Assembly (NCBI RefSeq): GCF_963921235.1
Contig: NC_086097.1
Location: forward strand, 5,642,001-5,706,000
DNA: 64,000 bases
Direction: 5' to 3'
DNA from: Mobula hypostoma
Lineage: Eukaryota
Shown here in pieces: positions 34,750 through 46,392 of the stretch. The notes below the pieces were generated by a model. It did no database searches. It was not told the DNA's origin and was given only the letters and a program-made list of their open reading frames with translations. The position numbers were made by a program, and so were the translations under genes. Each line of letters begins with the position of its first letter. Position 1 is the stretch's first letter.

Positions 34750-35930
34750 CACACTCAGTGCCGACTTTATTAGGAGCACCTGTACACCTGCTTGTTAATG
34801 CAATTACCGAATCAATCACATGGCAGCAACTCATGCATAAAAGCATGCAGACATGTCACAGGTTCTGTTATTGTTCAGACCAACCATCAGAATTGGGAAG
34901 AAATGTGGTATAAATGACTTTGGCTGTGGAATGATTGTTGATGCCAGATGGAATTACAAAATGGCACCTGCATACAATGCTCCCACAGTTGACATCTTCT
35001 GGATAAATCATGAATCCATTTATTTCATTTCTTTTATGCTTTTAATGTTTCTTTTTCTTTATCTTGAGTGTGATTCTGGAATTGTTGGAGCCTGTGATTT
35101 GCAGTTTGGAGATCATTTGAGTGTTCCAGCACTCTGCAGTCCCCAAAAGGAATCGGCAAGCCGGAGGCAGTGAGCGTGAACCTCATGGCAAGGAGACTGA
35201 GGGACGAGGCACAAGCTGACGTTCGTCTCCATTTCATTGATTAAAGCTTCCGTTGTTCTCTGTTTAAAATGACAAGGAAGGGTGTAACGTGGAGGAGAAT
35301 GTGGAGGTGGAGGGAGAGCACGGCTGCCTGCCTTTTGATCGCAGTCACATCACTTTGCTACGGAGGGGAGACTGCCTTTCCATCGCTGGTGGGATCACTC
35401 TCCTGCTGGATAGCGAAGAGGCTGCTGCTGTGCCCGGAGAAAGTTACCCAGGATTTTTCCATTTTGGATATGGATATGGATATAGACTTGGACTATGGAT
35501 TTCCTTTCCAGACCTATAGTTTTTCATATTCCATGTTTCTCTCTTGTTTCTTTTTTGTGTGGGGAGGAGGTTTGGGGGCCGATGTGTCTCGTTCCATTCT
35601 CGATTATTTCTTTGTGTGGGCAGCAGGGATCTGGGGATTGATGATTCTTTTCTTCCTTTGTTTTGTGGTCATCTCGAGAAGAAGAATTTCAGAGTTGTTT
35701 ACATTGGTAATAAACGAACTCTTGAACCTTTTCAGTATCTCAGAAACTGCTGGTCTCCTGGGATTTTCACACGCAACATTCCCTAGAGAATAGTGCAAGA
35801 AACAAAAATTACATCCAGTGAGCAGCAGTTCTGTGGGAAAAAATGACTTGATAATGAGAGAGGTCAGAGGAGAATGACCAGACAGGTTCAAGCTGACAGG
35901 AAGGTGACGTTAACTCAAATAACCACATCA
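34750..35930 (+). mobile_element. Tc1-like transposon 5' part, interrupted by an ~780-bp insertion (34953-35731)
   Basis: Terminus CACTCAGTGCCGACTTTATTAGG; peptides GKKCGINDFGCGMIVDAR, SISETAGLLGFSH and ERGQRRMTRQVQADRK match the Tc1 paired-like HTH region. Confidence 0.75.
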
Positions 35931-36344
35931 TCGTTTCAAGATGGTGCCGGTATCTCGCGTCTCTGCATGTGCTTTCCCGAGCAAACTGCCCTCTACACTA
36001 TCCTATACCTGAGAAACCCTCCTAAACCCCCAATCTGCTACATCTAGCAAGATCAACAGCACTGGCGAAGCTACTGACCCAGCTGGAGATCACCGCGTCA
36101 GAATTGCTTCTTCAACTCCGGACCGCACCTGGACCCGACCAGCAAGGCCTGGTCCGAGGCCCACTACGTTCCCGGAGACCCTCAGCCTGCCACCGTGCCG
36201 AAGCGCTTGGAGACGCGGCCCATTCCACCAGCACCTCTCCAAAGCAGATGACCACACAGAAGTGACGTCGGAGACCTCAAGGTGTCCCAGACGCTTCCCC
36301 AGAGCGCCCACCGTAAAGCCCCGTTGGTGGCCATCCATACTCAA

Positions 36345-36545
36345 TGACTAGGCCTCCACAGCTACCCGTGGCAACAAATTCCACAGATTCACCACTCTCT
36401 GGCTGAAGAAATTCCCACTCATCTCCGTTCTAAAAGGACGGCCCTCTAGTCTGAGGCTGTGTCCTCTGGTCTCAGACTCCCCCACCAAAGGACACATCAT
36501 CTCCACATCCACTCTGCGAAGGTTTTTCGCCATTCGATAGGTTTC
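36345..36545 (-). mobile_element. CR1 fragment
   Basis: SETRGHSLRLEGRPFRTEMSGNFFSQRVVNLWNLLP. Confidence 0.85.
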
Positions 36546-37729
36546 GAAGAGAATATAAAATGCCCAGGATGGAGAAAGCCCTTGGATTTAGGACGAGAAT
36601 ACTAACATTCCGTTTCAGAGCATGGTCTAGAAGCTGACTGCGGTGGACAGGAGGGCTCTACTCAAAACTGCCAGGTACCAGCCTATCCACCATCAAGGAA
36701 ATATATACAGAAAGGTGCCAGAACAAGGCCAGCAATATCATGAAGGATCTGAGTCACCCTGCTCATGGACTGTTTGTCCCACTTCCATCAGGGAGGAGGC
36801 TATGTAGCATCCACGCTAGGACCACCAGACTCAAAGAGAACCAGAAAGGATTAGAATTCTCCCATGCCATTTGATTTTTATATTGTCTTTGTTCATCCTA
36901 AATAGAATTATAATTTATCATTAAAATAATCAGTAATATGAAGTATAAGGTCTTAAAGCATTGAGACCACCAGACTAAAGAAGTTATTTTTTCCAAGCAG
37001 TAAAGCTGAAAAACACTTCCCCCCACTAACCCACCCTTCCACCACTGCTTTATCACTTCCTATCAGACACCATGTGTGCAGACTTTCCTGTGCCTAATGT
37101 CACATTACGGACACAGAATCAATCTATGTAAATAAGCTATCTTATGTATTTATATTTATTGTGTTTTTTATCATTGTGTTCTTTATCTTAGTGTGTATTT
37201 TTGTGCTGCATCAGATCCGGAGTAACAATTACTTCATTCTCCTTTACACACGCATACATGAAACTATTGTGATAATCTTGAATCATCCATTTCAGTTCAT
37301 CCTTCACTTATTCCAAAATGTTGTAACTGTTCCTGGGCATTCATTGTATCATGGAATGATGTATTAAATGGAAAGGTAAAACGGTACTCTGCTGTTGTAA
37401 TCGCCTAGCTTTGAAGGGGGAGTTCCGGCTCTCACTATTATTTGGCGAATAATGACAACTTTCAAGTATCTTGCCTCTAATTCTCCTTGGGGCTTCAGAG
37501 AATTGTTAGATCAGGAAAACATCGACCTTACTACACAATACAGATGTAGGTGTGTAGCAAAGAAATTAAAACAGGCAGTGAAAACTTCCAGAGAGCATCA
37601 CAAACGTTCTGCCTAATAACGTTTTATCTTTGATTATCTTGTATATCTTATTAATAGCATAATTTGGCTAAACTGGCCTGGACTATTAAAACCAGCTTAA
37701 GCCTTAAATGGCATTTCTCAGAGGCCTCC

Positions 37730-38310
37730 AGTGGTCATGCTCAGCCACAGATGATATGTCCTGGCTGTCTAGACATGCAACGCTGGACAGTACGATATGG
37801 AGGCAAGTTGTTGCCCATGTAGCAAATGACACCCCCCCGCCCACCATGCGTCTGAAGAACCCAAATGAATGGCAGAGACCGACACAGTTTGGCATCATCA
37901 GTGTCGTGGGAGTTTCCAGTCAGCATTGAACTCAGACAAAGACTGTCTTTAGGGTTTTATGTCAGGATTTTTCCCTTGGTGTTTACTCCTGAACCCTTCC
38001 CTATGAGTGGGTATAGCTGCAAGACAACGGAGGTTTGATAACAGAGTTTTCCTTCTCCTTAATGAGCTGCCAACTATGGCAGACAAGCTTCGTCTGTCTG
38101 AAACAACTGATTGTAAAGTGCCAGTAACCTGCATTTTCCCCTTTGCCTGTCAGTGGAAATAGTTTCTCCTGGTTTAATAGCTAAGCCGCATGTGAGCGCC
38201 AGGAGCTAGATTGATTGCCAGAGGCTATTTGAGATGCATGCTATTGGGAGCATTTAGTAGGTAGTGGGAGTTTATTCCTGTTACCACCCCCGGCTATAAC
38301 AACCTTAAAC
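37730..38310 (-). mobile_element. RTE-related non-autonomous repeat (family R1)
   Basis: Colinear with 14020-15410 minus the solo LTR. Confidence 0.65.
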
Positions 38311-39494
38311 AACTAAGACTGACATCACTAAATACAAATAAACTAACTATTATTTTGGTATGTGTTACGCTGAAATGATGGTCTTGCATTTAATCCTTTG
38401 GGATTGGGATTCAAGGATGTTAACATTCTCTCAGTTTGCAAAATCCTCCCTAAGATATTGAGAAATTGACATGTAAAGCAGCGGTGTTCCAATTTCCTGC
38501 CACAGTCCGAAGATGAACTGGTGAGTAGGTTAATTTGTCATTACAAATTGTCCCGTAATGAGGCTGGGGTTAAGTTGCTGGGGTGCAGCTTACTTTGTGC
38601 CGTATTTCTTAATAAACAAATAAATTAGTTTGAGACTTTTGCTTGTTTATGTAGAGTTTTCTTGGTAACTTCTGTTGTATTTCTTTATTTTTCCTGTAAA
38701 TGCCTGCAAGAAAATGAATCTCAAGATAATATATGGTGACATATATGAACTTTGATAATAAATAATATTTTGAACTTTGAAATTTTGCTTTCAAATTTGA
38801 ACTTTGAACTCCATGGTGGCACAGCCATTATCATAATGCGATTTCAGTGCCAGTGACCAGGGTATAATACCTGCTGCTGACTGTGAGGAGATAATAAGTT
38901 TTCCCTGTAATTGAGTGTGTTTCCTCCAGATGCTCTGCTATCCGCCCACACTTCAAAACATGTTTGAGTTAGTAATTGGTCACGAGGGTGTAATTGGGTG
39001 ATTGTGGCTCATTGGGCTGGTAGGGCCTGTTACCCTGCTTTATATCTATTAAACAAAAGCAAATAAATAAGTAAGCGAGGGTTAAGAGACTCATATGAGT
39101 TTCTATTTGAAGATGAAGTTGAGTGAGAGCAGTACCTAACACATTTGTCCTGATGGGAGATTTTATTTTCCTAAATATTGATTGGCATCTCCCTAGAGCA
39201 AGGGGTTTAGATGGGGTGGAGTTTGTTAGGTGTTTTCAGGAAGATTTCCTGACACAATATGTAGATAAGCCTACAAGAGGAGAGGCAGTACTTGATTTGG
39301 TCTTGGGAAATGAACCTGGTCAGGTGTCAGATCTCTCAGTGGGAGAGAATTTTGGAGATAGTGATCATAACTCTATCTCCTTTACAATGGCATTGGAGAG
39401 GGATAGGACCAGACAAGGGAGAAAAGCGTTTAAGCAAACACATCAAAGTTGCTGGTGAACGCAGCAGGCCAGGCAGCATCTCTAGGAAGAGGTA

Positions 39495-39532
39495 CAGTCG
39501 ACATTTCAGGCCGAGACCCTTCGTCAGGACTA
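39495..39532 (-). ncRNA. Minimal hammerhead ribozyme motif (PLE-associated)
   Basis: Minus strand TAGTC-CTGACGA-AGGGTCTCGGCCT-GAAA-TG-TC-GACTG; GUC triplet retained. Confidence 0.75.
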
Positions 39533-39859
39533 ACTGAAGGAAGAGTTAGTAAGAGATTTGAAAGTGGGAGAGGGAGGGGGAGATCCAAAATGATAGGAGA
39601 AGACAGGAGAGGGAGGGATGGAGCCAAGAGCTGGACAGGTGATAGGCAAAAGGGATATGAGAGGATCATGGGACAGGAGGTCCGGGGTAAGAGACGGCGG
39701 GAGGGGGGAACCAGAGGATGGGCAAGGGGTATAGTCAGAGGGACAGAGGGAGAAAAAGGAGAGTGAGAGAAAGAATGTGTGTATAAAAATAAATAACGGA
39801 TGGGGTACGAGGGGGAGGTGGGGCATTAGCGGAAGTTAGAGAAGTCGATGTTCATTCCA

Positions 39860-41011
39860 TCAGGCATCAGGTTGGAGGCTACCCAGACGGAATATAAGGA
39901 GTTGTTCCTCCAACCTGAGTGTGGCTTCATCTTTACAGTAGAGGAGGCCGTGGATAGACATGTCAGAATGGGAATGGGATGTGGAATTAAAATGTGTGGC
40001 TACTGGGAGATCCTGCTTTCTCTGGCGGACAGAGCGTAGGTGTTCAGCAAAGCGGTCTCCCAGTCTGCGTCGGGTCTCACCAATATATAGAAGGCCACAT
40101 CGGGAGCACCGGACGCAGTATATCTCCCCAGCCGACTCACAGGTGAAGTGTTGCCTCACCTGGAAGGACTGTCTGGGGCCCTGAATGGTGGTAAGGGAGG
40201 AAGTGTAAGGGCATGTGTAGCACTTGTTCCGCTTACACGGATAAGTGCCAGGAGGGAGATCAGTGGGGAGGGATGGGGGGGATGAATGGACAAGGGAGTC
40301 GCGTAGGGAGCAATCCCTGTGGAAAGCAGAGAAAGGGGGAGAGGGAAAGATGTGCTTAGTGGTGGGATCCCGTTGGAGGTGGCGGAAGTTACGGAGAATA
40401 ATATGTTGGACCCGGAGGCTGATGGGGTGGTGGTGGTAGGTGAGGACCAGGGGAACCCTATTCCTAGTGGGGTGGCGGGAGGATGGAGTGAGAGCAGGTG
40501 TGCATGAAATGGGGGAGATGCGTTTGAGAGCAGAGTTGATAGTGGAGGAAGGGAACCCCCTTTCTTTAAAAAAGGAGGACATCTCCCTCGTCCTGGAATG
40601 AAAAACCTCATCCTGAGAGCAGATGTGGCGGAGACGGAGGAATTGCGAGAAGGGAATGGCGTTTTTGCAAGAGACAGGGTGAGAAGAGGAATAGTCCAGA
40701 TAGCTGTGAGAGTCAGTAGGCTTATAGTAGACATCAGTGGATAAGCTGTCTCCAGAGACAGAGACAGAAAGATCTAGAAAGAGTAGGGCCGTGTTGGAAA
40801 TGGACCAGGTAAACTTGAGGGCAGGGTGAAAGTTGGAGACAAAGTTAATAAAGTCAACGAGCTCAGCATGCATGCAGGAAGCAGCGCCAATGCAGTCATC
40901 GATGTAGCGAAGAAAAAGTGGGGGACAGATACCAGAATAGGCATGGAACATAGATTGTTCCACAAAGCCAGCAAAAAGGCAGGCATAGCTAGAACCCATA
41001 CGTGTGCCCAT
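39860..41011 (-). CDS. Penelope-like RT/GIY-YIG polyprotein, C-terminal 383 aa (truncated retroelement ORF, not a host gene)
   Basis: YIDD RT motif and GIY-YIG motif (IYC..LYIGET) in one uninterrupted frame. Confidence 0.8.
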   Translation of the reverse strand: MGTRMGSSYACLFAGFVEQSMFHAYSGICPPLFLRYIDDCIGAASCMHAELVDFINFVSNFHPALKFTWSISNTALLFLDLSVSVSGDSLSTDVYYKPTDSHSYLDYSSSHPVSCKNAIPFSQFLRLRHICSQDEVFHSRTREMSSFFKERGFPSSTINSALKRISPISCTPALTPSSRHPTRNRVPLVLTYHHHPISLRVQHIILRNFRHLQRDPTTKHIFPSPPFSAFHRDCSLRDSLVHSSPPSLPTDLPPGTYPCKRNKCYTCPYTSSLTTIQGPRQSFQVRQHFTCESAGEIYCVRCSRCGLLYIGETRRRLGDRFAEHLRSVRQRKQDLPVATHFNSTSHSHSDMSIHGLLYCKDEATLRLEEQLLIFRLGSLQPDA

Positions 41012-43289
41012 AGAAAAGCATTTAATTGGAGTAAGGGGAGTTATGAGGCTATCAGGCAGGAAATTGGAAGCTTAAATTGGAAACAGGTGTTCTCAGGGAA
41101 AAGTACGGAAGAAATGTGGCAAATGTTCAGGGGATATTTGTGTGGAGTTCTGCATAGGTACGTTCCAATGAGACAGGGAAGTTATGGTAGGGTACAGGAA
41201 CCGTGGTGTACAAAGGCTGTAATAAATCTAGTGAAGAAGAAAAAAAAGCTTACAAAAGGTTCAGAGAGCTAGGCAATGTTAGAGATCTAGAAGATTATAA
41301 GGCTAATAGGAAGGAGTTTAAGAAGGAAATTAGGAGAGCCAGAAGGGGCCATGAGAAGGCCTTGGCAGGCAGGATTAAGGAAAACCCCAAGGCATTCTAC
41401 AAGTATATGAAGAGCAAGAGGATAAAACATGAAAAAATAGGACCTATCAAGTGTGACAGTGGAAAAGTGTGTACGGAACCGGAGGAAATAGCAGAGGTAC
41501 TTAATGAATACTTTACCTCAGTATTCACTATGAAAAAGGATGTTGGTGATTGTAGTGATGACTTGCAGCAGACTGAAAAGCTTGAGCATGTAGATATTAA
41601 GAAAGAGGATGTGCTGGAGGTTTTGGAAAGCATCAAGTTGGATAAGTCGCCGGGACTGGATGAGATGTACCCCAGGCTACTGTGGGAGGCGAGAGAGGAG
41701 ATTGCTGAGCCTCTGGCGATGATCTTTGCATCATCAATGGGGATGAGAGAGGTTGCGGAGGATTGGAGGGTTGCGGATGTTGTTCCTTTATTTAAGAAAG
41801 GGAGTAGAGATAGCCCAGGAAATTACAGACCAGTGAGTCTTACCTCAGTGGTTGGTAAGTTGATGGAGAAGATCCTGAGAAGCAGGATTTATGAACATTT
41901 GGAGAGGTATAATATGGTTAGGAATATTCATCATGGCTTTGTCAAAGGCAGGTCATGCCGTACGAGCCTAACTGAATTTTCTGAAGATGTGACTAAACAC
42001 ATTGATGAAGGAAGAGCAGTAGATGTAGTGTATATGGATTTCAGCAAGGCATTTGATAAGGTACCCTTTGCAAGGCTTATTGAGAAAGTAAGGAGGCATA
42101 GGATCCAAGGGGACATTGCTTTGTGGATCCAGAACTGGCTTGCCCACCGAATGCAAAGAGTGGTTGTAGACGGGTCATATTCTGCAGGAGGTTGGTCACT
42201 AGCGGAGTGCCTCAGGGATCTGTTCTGGGACCCTGAATCTTCATGATTTTTATAAATGACCTGGATGAGGAAGTGGAGGGGTAGGTTAGTAAGTTTGCTG
42301 ATGACACAAATGTTGGAGGTGTTGTGGATAGTGTGGAAGGCTGTCAGAGGTTACAGCGGGACATTGATAGGATGCAAAACTGGGCTGAGAAGTGGAAGAT
42401 GGAGTTCAACCCAGTTAAGTGTGAAGTGGTTCATTTTGGTAGGTCAAGTATAATGGCAGAATATAGTATTAATGGTAAGAGTCTTGGCAGTGTGGAGGAT
42501 CAGAGGGATCTTGGGGTCCAAGTCCATAGGATGCTCAAAGCAGCTGCGCAGGTTGACTCTGTGGTTAAGAAGACATACGGTGTATTGGCCTTCATCAATC
42601 GTGGAATTGAATTTGGGAGCCGAGAGGTAATGTTGCAGCTGTATAGGATCCTGGTCAGACCCCACTTGGAGTACTGTGCTCAGTTCTGGTCGCCTCACTA
42701 CAGGAAGGATGTGGAAACCATAGAAAGGATATTGAGGAGATTTACAAGGATGTTGCCTGAATTGGGGGGGGGGAGAGCATGTCTTATGAAAACAGGTTGA
42801 GTGAAGTCGGCCTTTTCTCCTTGGAGTGACAGAGGATGAGAGGTGACCTGATAGAGGTGTATAAGATGATGAGCGGCGTTGACCATGTGGATAGTCAGAG
42901 GCTTTTTCCCAGGGCTGAAATGGTTGCCACAAGAGGACACAGGTTTAAGGTGCTGGGGAGTAGGTACAGAGGAGATGTCAGGGGTAAGTTTTTTACTCAG
43001 AGAGTGGTGAGTGCGTAGAATGGGCTGCTGGCAACGGTGGTGGAGGTGGATACGATAGGGTCTTTTAAGAGACTTTTCGACAGGTACATGGAGCTTAGGA
43101 AAATAGAGGGCTATAGGTAAGCCTAGTAATTTCTAAGACAGGGATATGTGGGCTTTGTGGGCTGAAGGTCCTGTATTGTGCTGTAGGTTTTCTGTTTCTC
43201 CTTGGGAAAGGAGAGGGGAGGGTGTCAATGAATTTTTGTTATCCCTATTGGCTTCAGGGTGACATAAGTTGTGAATTCTGAAGAAGATT

Positions 43290-44040
43290 AACAATGCTGG
43301 AAATACTCAACAAGTCAGGGAACATGTATGGAGAGAGCAACACACACAAAATGCTGGAGGATCTCAGCTGACCGCTCAGCGTCTATGGAAAAGATTACAG
43401 TCGACATTTCAGTCTGCTTATCTACTTCTGGTCTCATCAATATACACCAATACTCCATTTGCCACAAAAAGTGGACATTCCAGTAGTCACTCATTTTAAT
43501 TGCACTTCCCATTTCCATTCCAACTGTCAGCCCATGGCCTCCTCTACTGTCGTGATGAATGAACACTTAGTTTGGAGGAACAACACCTTATAATCAATTT
43601 GGGTAGCCTCTAACCTGACTTCTCCAAATTCTAATAATGTCCACGCCCCTTCACCATTCCCCATTCCCATTTCCTTCTCTTACATCTCCTAACCTGCCTG
43701 TCTCCTCCCTTGGGTGCTCCTCCCCCTTTTCTTTCTTCCATGGCCTTCCGTCCTTGGTTATCAAACTCTCCCTTCTCCAGCCCTGTATCTCTTTCACCAA
43801 TGAACTTCCCAGCTCTTTACTTCATCCCTTCCCCTCTTGGTTTCACCGATCACCTGTGTTTCTTCCACCCCCCCCCCCCACCTTCTAACACCGACTCCTT
43901 TTTTTTTCTCCAATCCTGATGAAGAGTCTCGTTCCAAAATGTCAACTGCACTCTGTTCAGTAGATGCTGCCTGGCCTGCTGAGTTCCTCCAGCGTTTTGT
44001 GTGTGTTGCTCGGATTTTCAGCATCTGCAGATTTTCTCTG
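43290..44040 (+). mobile_element. Penelope-like 3' fragment with inverted tail at its 5' end; decayed hammerhead 43911-43948
   Basis: Inverted tail 43290-43412 ending CAGTCGACATTTCAG; forward GIY-YIG C-terminal remnant, pyrimidine tract and tail. Confidence 0.75.
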
Positions 44041-44129
44041 TTACTACCATAGTGTATTCATTCAGATCTCTAGATGAATGCTAGAATATGACCCAGTCCA
44101 CTAACTGAAAGCAATCCCATAATCACTCC

Positions 44130-44575
44130 TGTGACTCCTGTGACCACCTCACTGTTGTCCTAATTTCTGGATCTTTGCTTTTAGCCTCTGCCTGTATGCA
44201 GGTAGGAGCAGGACAGCCAAGTGATCTGATTTACCAAAATGCATTCTGGGCAAGGAACAGTAGATGATCCTCAACTTAGTATAACAGTAGTCTGGTAAAT
44301 TGAGACCTCTGGTACTGCAGGTTGTATGCTGTTGGTAATTGGGCAGGGTTTTCTTCAAACAGGTCTGATTGAAGTCTCTGACTATTAACTTGAAACGCCT
44401 CGGGATGGGCTGTTTCTTGTCTGCAAACGACATCATGCAGTGTCGCGAGTGTTTGCTTATGGTCGGCTGCTGGTGGTATACAAACAGCAGTCAGGAGTAC
44501 ACAGGAGAACTCCCAGGTAAATAGAATTGATGGCATTTGACCGTGAGGTGTTCCAAGTTGGGGGAACATGAGACA
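44130..44575 (-). mobile_element. Rex1/Babar endonuclease fragment
   Basis: EFSCVLLTAVCIPP, DFNQTCLKKTLPNYQQH..CSTRG, HFGKSDHLAVLLLPAYRQRLK. Confidence 0.85.
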
Positions 44576-45984
44576 GTAAAATGTGAAAATAGTTGGAGCT
44601 GAATGCTTTATCTACAAGGCACTGTATGTACTTTGATAATAAATTTACTTTGAACTTTTAACATAGTCCTTTTGCATGATCATAGGATCTGGGCACTTTT
44701 CCTCATGTTATTTCTAATTTTTCCTCTCCCCCAGTTCATATCTGTGAGTTTTTGTTCGCAACACATTCACCAATACGAATTCATTCACCTGTCAGTAGAA
44801 ATCGTTTCACTGGTCTTAGCGGCTAAGCCACATGAGGGGACCAGGGGATGGGCTTGGTTGTCAGAGGATTTCCGAGATGCATAACATCAGGAGCATTTAA
44901 TAGGTAGTGGGAGCTTATCCTACTATCACCTCTGGCTATGGCAATCTTAAGAGACCTGCTTTAATTAAAACCAGTAAAAACAAACTGCAGATACTGGAAA
45001 TCTGATACAAAACCAAAAGATTCTGGATACCCTCAGAAGCTGGGAAAGCAGCTCTGGAGAAAAAAGTAAATTTTCAAGGCCAAAGACCCTATATCAGAAC
45101 TATGTCTAATTCAACATTGCATAAATTTGACCCTTAAGAACTGCCAACAGGAACATTATTCTACCATGTTAATGCCAGTACATTGAGGATTGTCAGTTTT
45201 ATCTGCTATATTCACTCCCAGACATAAATTATCTAACATGTCTCAACAAACTTTGACTCTAAGATGCATTTTCAATTTTCTTTAATTTCTTATCATACAA
45301 TTGTGACTAATTTTCTGTTAGTGTCATCTGGGCAGATAGCACGGCATTTGTTCTGTGATTATAATAAATTGTCAGCAAATAGAGACCATATGATCATAAG
45401 ACCATGAGATATGGGAGCAGAATTAGGCCACTTGGATCATTGACTCTGCTCCACCATCTCATCATGACTCATTTACTATCCCTCACAGCCCATTTTCCTG
45501 CATTCTTCCCATAACCTTTGATGCCCTTATTAATCAAGAACTTATCAACCTCCACTCTAAATATACCCAATGACTTGGCCTCCACAGCCACCTGTGGCAA
45601 TGAATTCCCTGACTAAGATTCATTCACTAATGAGGGTGGTGAATCCAGATGAATTCCAGCAGGTCATATAGTTTATGTGAAGAGCCTTTACTGATAAAAC
45701 TCATTAAGGCACACAACAATTATGGAAACTTATCTTTTAGGGATTTCTTTTGTTAAATTATGTGCATTCTTTGTCTAGTCAAGAGCTCACATGTTAATCA
45801 CTGCCCTGTGAATATCAACTATCACCTCAGGAGGCTTAACTGGGAACATTGTATTCCATTGATGTCTCTCATGGGGAACAGTACTGGCCAATTAATCAGC
45901 AGCAATAATTACTTGTACAATCAGCAAAATACTCAGACTTTTATGTTCCAAGATTCTTTTATTGCAACATACATGTCGAGGGGC

Positions 45985-46392
45985 TCCAGACCTCTCCTTG
46001 CTGGAATTCAGAAGAATGAGGGGTGACCTCACTGAAACCTATCGAATGTCGAAAGGCCTCGATAGAGTAGATGTGAAGAGGATGTTTCCTATGGCGGGGG
46101 AGTTTAAGACCAGAGGACATTGCCTCAGAAAGGAGGGATGCTCTTTTAGAACAGAGATGAGGAGGAATTCTTTTAGCTAGAGAGTGGTGAAGTTGTGGAA
46201 TTCATTGCTGTGGAGGCCAAGTCATCGGGTATTTTGGGATAGACTGTAAATTAGGGCAGGAGAAAAGACAGGGAGAAAGCGGGAGATTGGGGCTGAGAGG
46301 GAAAATGGATCAGCAATGATGAAATGGTGGAGCTGATTTGATGGGCCAAATGGCCTATTTCTGCTCCTCTATCTTATGGTCCTTTGGTCTTA
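45985..46392 (+). mobile_element. CR1 3' end
   Basis: LEFRRMRGDLTETY..TRGHCL..RTEMRRN; UTR GGGCCAAATGGCCTATTTCTGCTCCT..TCTTATGGT. Confidence 0.85.

Larger units (their letters stand above)
39434..41011 (-). mobile_element. 5'-truncated Penelope-like element (Neptune type) with RT C-half, GIY-YIG endonuclease and 3' hammerhead
   Basis: 383-aa open frame MGTRMGSSYACLF..FLRYIDD..FLDL..YYKPTD..SSHP..C-rich linker..IYCVRCSRCGLLYIGETRRRLGDRFAEH. Flanked by a 14-bp TSD AGAAAAGC(G/A)TTTAA at 39420-39433 and 41012-41025. Confidence 0.95.
39145..43195 (+). mobile_element. 5'-truncated CR1 LINE, most of ORF2 (EN C-part plus RT), interrupted by a Penelope insertion
   Basis: VLMGDF..NIDW, LDLVLGNEP..GDSDHNSI, KENPKAFYKY, NYRPVSLTSVVGKLME, VYMDFSKAFDKV, SKFADD, LEYCAQFWSP; frameshifts and stops present. 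Confidence 0.95.

Noticed and set aside
35269..35793. 174-aa ORF as a membrane protein
   Set aside because: It lies within a T-rich repeat inserted in a Tc1 relic; the hydrophobicity is compositional.
40826..42246. Functional Penelope-CR1 fusion protein
   Set aside because: The ORF 40826-41272 merely reads from the antisense PLE into CR1 across the insertion junction; the CR1 is frameshifted.
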